DNA of 64,000 bases, taken from Candidatus Woesearchaeota archaeon. Its GTDB lineage: Archaea; Nanobdellota; Nanobdellia; SCGC-AAA011-G17; PNOQ01. The notes below the pieces were generated by a model. It had not been told where the DNA came from. It made no database searches and saw only the letters and a list, made by a program, of their open reading frames with translations. The stretch lies in assembly GCA_964393215.1 (NCBI GenBank), contig CAYMSW010000001.1, forward strand, positions 7,236 to 71,235. The letters are read 5' to 3'. The translations under genes were made by a program, and so were the position numbers. Positions 58,472 to 64,000 of the stretch are shown piece after piece (position 1 is the stretch's first letter; the number at the start of each line of letters is the position of its first letter).

Positions 58472-60196
58472 ATGACTAATCTAGAAACTATGTTAAATGA
58501 AGAGAATTCGGGAAGAAGAAGGCTGGTTACAGCTGCATTACCCTACATAAATAATGTTCCACACCTTGGCCACATTGCAGGATCTCACCTTCCAGCAGAT
58601 ATTTTTGCTAGATATTGTAGATCTAAGGGGTTTAACACACTATTTATTGGTGCAACAGATGAACACGGATCAGCTTCAGAGATAGCCGCATCACAAGTTG
58701 GCGTAGACTTAAAAACATTCTCAGACAAGTTACACGAAGAACATAAAAAAGTATATGACTGGTTTGGAATTTCCTATGATCATTTTTCGAGAACATCAAA
58801 TAAAACACATAAACAAGTAGTTACTTCTTTTTTCAAGAAGTTAAATGAAAAAGGATTCATTAAAGAGGGTTCAATGCCTGTTTTCTATTCTCCAAACGAT
58901 GATATGTTCTTACCAGACAGATATGTTATTGGAGAATGTCCTAAATGCGAGTATAAAAGTGCAACAGGTGATCAATGTGAAAGCTGCACTTCCCTTTTAG
59001 ATTCCCACGAATTAAAAAATCCAAAATCCACTCTAACTGGAGAAAAACTAGAAATTAGAGAAAGTGAACACTTATTCTTAGCACTAGATCAATTATCTCC
59101 AGAAATAGAACAATGGATAAAAAAACAAACACATTGGAGACCACAAGTAAAAAATTTGGCTATGGGCTGGATTAAAGAAGGACTAAAAGAAAGATGCATA
59201 ACTAGAGATCTAAAAAACGGTATTCCAGTACCTTTGAAGGGCTATGAAGATAAAGTATTTTATGTGTGGTTTGATGCTCCAATGGGATATATTTCTGCCA
59301 CAAAAGAAGCTACAAATGAATGGGAATCTTTTTGGACTGGAGATAGCCAGATTTATAATTTTTTGGGAAAAGACAATATACCTTTTCACACCATTTTTTG
59401 GCCAGGGATGATTATTGGTAGTGAGCAGTTTAATTTACCAACAAATGTTATAGGATTACAATATCTAAATTATGAAGGAAAAAAGTTCTCAAAAAGCAAA
59501 CAAATTGGAGTATTTTGTGAAACCCTTCCAAAATTAGGACTAAGTGCTGATATTTGGAGGGCTTATCTAACTCAAGTCATACCTGAATCAAACGATTCTG
59601 AATTTAAATGGGAAGATTTTATAGAAAGAACCAATTCTGATCTAATTGATAATTTTGGTAATTTTGTTAATAGGATAGTCAAGTTTACTAGCGATAGGCT
59701 AGAGGGAAAAATAGAAAGGCCTGATGAAAACAGGCTTAAAGACTTAGATAAATCCACACTAAATGAAATAGAAGAATACAAAGAAAGAATTGAAGGCTAT
59801 TTAGAAAGGTCTGAAATGAGAAAAGCCTATTCTGAAGTTTTAGCATTATCCAGCCTTGGAAACAAATACATCAATGATTCTGCTCCATGGGTTACTTTAA
59901 AAGAAGATATGCAAAGAACAAACGATATAATCTACATAGGTGCAAGATTACTTAAGGCTCTAACAACATACATCGCACCATTTATTCCAGAAAATTCTGA
60001 AAAAGTATGGAGTCAATTAGGATTAAAAGGATCTCCATTGGATGCCAATGCGTGGGATAATTCTTTATCTGACTTTGAAGGAATACACAAAGTTGGGAAT
60101 CCAGAAATACTTTTCAAAAAACTTGAGAAAGGAGATGAAGGGCATTACAGAGAGGAAGCTTCAAAAGGAACGGACTTAGAAGGTTTTTTTAATTGA
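58472..60196 (+). CDS. metG: Methionine--tRNA ligase (core, without the C-terminal tRNA-binding domain).
   Basis: HIGH-type PHLGHIAG, Zn knuckles CPKCEY ... CESC, and KFSKS. Confidence 0.9.
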   Translation: MTNLETMLNEENSGRRRLVTAALPYINNVPHLGHIAGSHLPADIFARYCRSKGFNTLFIGATDEHGSASEIAASQVGVDLKTFSDKLHEEHKKVYDWFGISYDHFSRTSNKTHKQVVTSFFKKLNEKGFIKEGSMPVFYSPNDDMFLPDRYVIGECPKCEYKSATGDQCESCTSLLDSHELKNPKSTLTGEKLEIRESEHLFLALDQLSPEIEQWIKKQTHWRPQVKNLAMGWIKEGLKERCITRDLKNGIPVPLKGYEDKVFYVWFDAPMGYISATKEATNEWESFWTGDSQIYNFLGKDNIPFHTIFWPGMIIGSEQFNLPTNVIGLQYLNYEGKKFSKSKQIGVFCETLPKLGLSADIWRAYLTQVIPESNDSEFKWEDFIERTNSDLIDNFGNFVNRIVKFTSDRLEGKIERPDENRLKDLDKSTLNEIEEYKERIEGYLERSEMRKAYSEVLALSSLGNKYINDSAPWVTLKEDMQRTNDIIYIGARLLKALTTYIAPFIPENSEKVWSQLGLKGSPLDANAWDNSLSDFEGIHKVGNPEILFKKLEKGDEGHYREEASKGTDLEGFFN

Positions 60197-60245
60197 CTCT
60201 ACCAAAGATAATTTTATATTATAAATCATTTAACTCAATACAAAA

Positions 60246-60575
60246 ATGGCAAACGAGATAAGTTTCAAAGATTGGCAAAACCTTGACATAAGAGTAGCAG
60301 AAATACTTGATGTACAAGACCATCCAAATGCAGACAAATTATATGTAATAAAAATAAATCTTGGAGAAGAAGAAAGAACAATAGTCGCAGGAATAAAAAC
60401 CAGTTACACAAAAGAAGAACTAAAAGGTAAAAAAATAATAGTTTTCACAAATTTAGAACCTGCAACATTAAGAGGAGTAAAAAGTGAAGGGATGCTTCTA
60501 GCTGCATCAGAAGATAATAAAGTAGTCCTCTTAACAGTAGATAAAGATATTTCACGGGGTTCAAAAATCAGTTAA
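60246..60575 (+). CDS. Stand-alone tRNA-binding domain protein (Trbp111/CsaA/EMAPII-like, resembling the MetRS C-terminal domain).
   Basis: LDIRVAEILDVQDHPNADKLYVIKI ... SEGMLLAA. Confidence 0.75.
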   Translation: MANEISFKDWQNLDIRVAEILDVQDHPNADKLYVIKINLGEEERTIVAGIKTSYTKEELKGKKIIVFTNLEPATLRGVKSEGMLLAASEDNKVVLLTVDKDISRGSKIS

Positions 60576-60805
60576 CTAGAATCCCAAAGAATCATTGTGC
60601 TGGTCAACCTTACTTCTGGCAATTTTCTTATTTTTTCCATAACAAAACTACCAAGCTTTTCAGGGGATTCTGCTTCAATTAAAGCAACAATATCCCACTC
60701 ACCAAAAACAATATTTGCTTTCTGAATTTCAGGAAATTGCTGTATTGCTTCTACAACTGTTTGCTCTTCTTCAGAGTTTGTTGCTATGAATAGATACGCT
60801 TTCAT
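60572..60805 (-). CDS. Stand-alone Lrp/AsnC-type RAM (ligand-binding) domain protein.
   Basis: 77-aa beta-alpha-beta-beta-alpha-beta pattern: KAYLFIATN ... IVFGEWDIVALIEA. Confidence 0.5.
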   Translation of the reverse strand: MKAYLFIATNSEEEQTVVEAIQQFPEIQKANIVFGEWDIVALIEAESPEKLGSFVMEKIRKLPEVRLTSTMILWDSS

Positions 60806-60852
60806 TGTAAAACTGACTATTTAGAAAAATATATAAGATTAATGAAAAAGAG

Positions 60853-60927
60853 TGGCTCGGACCGGATTTGAACCGGCGACCTCTCGATTATCAGTCGAGT
60901 GCTCTAACCAGACTAAGCCACCGAGCC
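60853..60927 (-). tRNA. tRNA-Ile (GAU).
   Basis: Minus strand: acceptor ggctcgg/ccgagcc, anticodon arm ctcga-ctGATaa-tcgag, T arm gccgg-ttcaaat-ccggt. Confidence 0.75.
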
Positions 60928-61008
60928 ATATTTGAAGAAACCATATTTTCTTTTATAAAACTAACTATTGACTAAAACATCTAAGTAAAATAGTACAAAT
61001 AATTATAA

Positions 61009-62268
61009 ATGAAACAATCGCTTCAGTATAAAGTAATGACGGCGATAGTAGCAGTAGGCACACAATACGGTGATGAGGGAAAAGGAAAGGTTGTCGATTT
61101 TCTTGCAAAGGATGCAGATTTTGTTGTTAGATACAATGGCGGTCCAAATGCCGGCCACACTATAGAAGTTGAAAATATCAAAGCAATTCTACACCAAATA
61201 CCTTCTGGAATTCTATATGGAAAAACATGTGTAATAGGCCAAGGAACAGTTCTAGACCTAGAATCTCTTGAAGATGAAATAAAATCTTTAGAAGATCAAG
61301 GAGTTTCAGTTAGAGACAAACTAAAAATCAGCGGAAACACACACTTAATACTTCCAACACACGTTTCAGATTCCAAAACTGCAAAATCAGAAAGCACAGG
61401 AAGAGGAATAGCACCAACTTACAGTTCAAAATCCTTAAGATTAGGACTAAGAGCACAAGACATAATCAACATTTCAAGAGAAGACCTAGAAGAATCAGAC
61501 ATAAAAGATAGAGAAGATCTAACAGTACATAAAGAATTCTTAAAAAAATTCGAAAACTATTCAGAATCAATAACAAATGTTCCAAAAATTTTATCAGAAG
61601 CACTAGAAGAAGAAAAAAATGTTTTACTAGAAGGAGCACAAGGAACAGGATTAGATATCGATAATGGACAGTATCCTTGCACATCAAGCAGTAACGCAAC
61701 ATCCGGAGGATCAACAGTAGGAACTGGTTTACCACCAACAAAAATAAACGGAGTAATTGGAATTGCAAAAGCATACGTTTCGAGAGTAGATAGAGACGGA
61801 AGCAGCCCGTTAACAACACAAATCAATGGAGGACTCCAAGAAACTCTAAGGGAAAAAGGCGGAGAATATGGAGCAACCACAGGAAGACCAAGAAGAGTTG
61901 GATGGTTCGATGCAGTATTGCTAAGGCATGCAGTGTTAGTTAATGGACTAAAGGGAATTGCACTTACAAAATTAGACATTCTTGACGGATTTGATGAAGT
62001 AAAAATATGCACTCACTACGAATTAGATGGAAAAATGATAGAAGATTTTCCAACAGATGCAATAATCCAAAGAAAATGCAAGCCAGTTTATGAAACATTT
62101 CCGGGATGGAAAGGCAACGTAAAAGGGTGCAAAATCTTTGAAGAACTGCCAGAAGAGGCAAAAGCCTATATAAAAAGAATAGAAGAGCTAGTAAAATGCC
62201 CAGCAATCGTGATTTCTACAGGGCCAAGAAGAGAAGAAACAATAGTTAGAGAAGACATTTGGAAATAA
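61009..62268 (+). CDS. purA: Adenylosuccinate synthetase.
   Basis: GTQYGDEGKGKVVD P-loop and GTTGRPRR-like motif. Confidence 0.9.
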   Translation: MKQSLQYKVMTAIVAVGTQYGDEGKGKVVDFLAKDADFVVRYNGGPNAGHTIEVENIKAILHQIPSGILYGKTCVIGQGTVLDLESLEDEIKSLEDQGVSVRDKLKISGNTHLILPTHVSDSKTAKSESTGRGIAPTYSSKSLRLGLRAQDIINISREDLEESDIKDREDLTVHKEFLKKFENYSESITNVPKILSEALEEEKNVLLEGAQGTGLDIDNGQYPCTSSSNATSGGSTVGTGLPPTKINGVIGIAKAYVSRVDRDGSSPLTTQINGGLQETLREKGGEYGATTGRPRRVGWFDAVLLRHAVLVNGLKGIALTKLDILDGFDEVKICTHYELDGKMIEDFPTDAIIQRKCKPVYETFPGWKGNVKGCKIFEELPEEAKAYIKRIEELVKCPAIVISTGPRREETIVREDIWK

Positions 62269-62275
62269 AAAGAAG

Positions 62276-62350
62276 CGCCCCGGGCAAGATTTGAACTTGC
62301 GATCTCATGGTTAACAGCCATGCGCTTTAACCAGACTAAGCCACCGAGGC
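62276..62350 (-). tRNA. tRNA-Asn (GUU).
   Basis: Minus strand: acceptor gcctcgg/ccggggc, anticodon arm catgg-ctGTTaa-ccatg, T arm gcaag-ttcaaat-cttgc. Confidence 0.75.
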
Positions 62351-62390
62351 ATAAGATTTTGGTTAACAATTTCGTTTAAAAATCTATTGG

Positions 62391-63473
62391 TTAAGGTAAG
62401 AACTTCTTCACGTCTTTCAACTTCTGAGGCAAATATTTCTCAATAACGTAATTTAGACCATGTGCAGCCAAGGCTTGTTGTTCTACCCTCTCACCTTTCT
62501 TCTGCAACAACTCAAGAGCCTTCTTCCACTCCTTATGTTCTTTCACAAAAGGATCGTTTTTCAAGACATCTTTGATTTTCTTCTTATCTACATCCTTCAA
62601 TGGATGAGTAGGCAACTTATACTTATCAATATCTTCAGGAGTTACACCCAAAAAAGTAGCTTTTGGAACACAAAAATATTTGTTGATGTGAGCAGCATTA
62701 CCGGAACCAACTTTGAGAGTTCTATAGATGCTCATATACCCATAAGGATCACCGTCGGTGAATACATAAACAGGTATTTTTTTCTCATCACTTAACCGCC
62801 TAATAAATCTTCTACAAGCACGAGTAGGAACACCACCCATAGAAATCAAAATACAATTAGCTTTCTTCCAATAATTATGTTTAACCAATCTTTGGAACAT
62901 ACCTGCAGTTTCGATGGCCAAAATAAATTTAGCATCGGTCTCAAATTTCAAATGTTCAACAGAGGTTGGAATAGAATAAGCTCCAGAACCAAATTTAGTA
63001 CAATCAATTTTAATTTCTTTTCCACTAGAAGGATCTTCATCAACAACAACTAATTTCCCAGCAATGTCTCCTCCTTTCTCTTCAGGAATAAAACCAAGTT
63101 GTTCCCTATTAACCATAAACATAGCTTCAATATCGTCCATCACTGCATCAGATTCAACCTGCTCCTTAAATCTAGCATCTCCCCAATTCTTAGAAACATA
63201 ATATGCCTCTCTCTTTGTAGCAATATCATCACTTTCAACAACATTCTTAGAAAGAGCCATCATCTTCAAAGTCTGTGCAAAAGATTTTATTGTGCTAACT
63301 GTCAAAGCCCTCTTCTTCTTCCCACCTTTCAATTCAAAGAAGCCAACTTTTGGATCATAACTAACATTACCTAAAGATCTTATTGGAATTGTAACTTCTG
63401 GTTTCTTCTTTTTATTTATTTTATCATAAACCTTAGTTGCAGTTTCCTTGATTTGTTTAACAGTTTGTTTCAT
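62391..63473 (-). CDS. top6A: DNA topoisomerase VI subunit A (Spo11 homolog).
   Basis: 5Y-CAP region (YYVSKNW) and Toprim VYVFTDGDPYG. Confidence 0.85.
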   Translation of the reverse strand: MKQTVKQIKETATKVYDKINKKKKPEVTIPIRSLGNVSYDPKVGFFELKGGKKKRALTVSTIKSFAQTLKMMALSKNVVESDDIATKREAYYVSKNWGDARFKEQVESDAVMDDIEAMFMVNREQLGFIPEEKGGDIAGKLVVVDEDPSSGKEIKIDCTKFGSGAYSIPTSVEHLKFETDAKFILAIETAGMFQRLVKHNYWKKANCILISMGGVPTRACRRFIRRLSDEKKIPVYVFTDGDPYGYMSIYRTLKVGSGNAAHINKYFCVPKATFLGVTPEDIDKYKLPTHPLKDVDKKKIKDVLKNDPFVKEHKEWKKALELLQKKGERVEQQALAAHGLNYVIEKYLPQKLKDVKKFLP

Positions 63474-64000
63474 TTTCCAAAAACTTCCTTTTTTCTTTCT
63501 TCCATCAGTTTGTTATAATATTCTTCTATTTCTTTGTTATACCATTTACGTCCTTCTTCCTCATTTTTTCTTTGGAATTCTTTAATTTGTTCATAAAATT
63601 TTTCTTTTTCTTGTTTCATAATCCTTCTAACTATATCAAATCCTTTCTCACTTGCCATCCACATAAAATCAAAATTGTTGAATACTCTTAGAATAGGTTC
63701 ATCTTCAAAGGAATCTCCAAAAGCCCAATTGTCATGTTTCAAAATTAAGCTTTTTATTTCCTCTATTTTCTCAGTAGAATAGTCCAATTCCTTTAGAATA
63801 TTTTCCGCTATTTTTGCCCCTTCTTCAGAATGTAGTTTTCTGATATCCAGATTATAAGGATTGGATCCTTTCGGAACTTTTGAATATCCGACATCATGCA
63901 ACAATACCACAGGCATAAGAATATCTAAATCAATACTATCATCTATAAATTTCGGAACGGTTTCAAAGAGCCAATTAACATGTTCAACATCTCCTTCCCT
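63470..64000 (-). CDS. HD-domain phosphohydrolase. It is 5'-partial: the N-terminus lies beyond the window end.
   Basis: VEHVNW ... LLHDVGY gives the H ... HD motif. The open frame continues to position 64000. Confidence 0.6.
   Translation of the reverse strand, partial: REGDVEHVNWLFETVPKFIDDSIDLDILMPVVLLHDVGYSKVPKGSNPYNLDIRKLHSEEGAKIAENILKELDYSTEKIEEIKSLILKHDNWAFGDSFEDEPILRVFNNFDFMWMASEKGFDIVRRIMKQEKEKFYEQIKEFQRKNEEEGRKWYNKEIEEYYNKLMEERKKEVFGK

Noticed and set aside
1-64000. Search for CRISPR arrays, rRNA genes, integrases and transposases.
   Set aside because: No short direct-repeat/spacer arrays and no rRNA-like GC-rich structured stretches were seen. No tyrosine or serine recombinase or transposase motifs were recognised in any listed ORF. 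The only selfish elements supported are the DGR and the nuclease resembling a homing endonuclease.

Overview
This is an AT-rich (about 33% GC), compact archaeal window whose gene content and streamlined proteins suggest a DPANN-type archaeon. The core is housekeeping. It opens with a 5'-truncated CDC48 and also carries MetAP2, PolB, FEN1, GlyRS, Elp3, archease plus RtcB, MetRS, PurA and Top6A. A large minus-strand ribosomal-protein and SecY cluster runs from L3 to L14e, followed by prefoldin, PriS, S17e and Alba. Six tRNAs are present: Ala-GGC, Met/Ile-CAU, Gln-CUG, Glu-CUC, Ile-GAU and Asn-GUU. There is also a four-gene carbamate kinase / ornithine carbamoyltransferase operon. The stand-out feature is a diversity-generating retroelement (DGR) at about 6.3-8.6 kb. 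A 274-aa target gene carries an 87-bp variable repeat (VR, 6932-7018). About 390 bp downstream lies the cognate template repeat (TR, 7412-7498). The two differ at 20 positions that are all adenines in the TR, plus one non-adenine difference. The TR abuts a small reverse transcriptase whose motif 4 reads TSQ, the DGR hallmark. That RT is interrupted by a frameshift in a 9-G homopolymer. Immediately upstream of the DGR sits a free-standing nuclease resembling a homing endonuclease (NUMOD3 repeats, a helix-turn-helix, and a restriction-endonuclease-like PD-(D/E)xK-type C-terminus). Together these suggest a small mobile or accessory island inserted between polB and fen1. Other notable items are listed in the findings. 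They include a 101-aa extremely basic pentapeptide-repeat protein, a Dph2-like protein lacking domain 1 next to a 7-Cys DUF116-like protein, and a kinase / PLP-decarboxylase / nucleotidyltransferase trio. Further items are tandem membrane-protein paralogs, lysine/glutamate-rich (K/E-rich) tails on ribosomal proteins, and a split MetRS tRNA-binding domain. No CRISPR array, rRNA gene, integrase or transposase was recognised.
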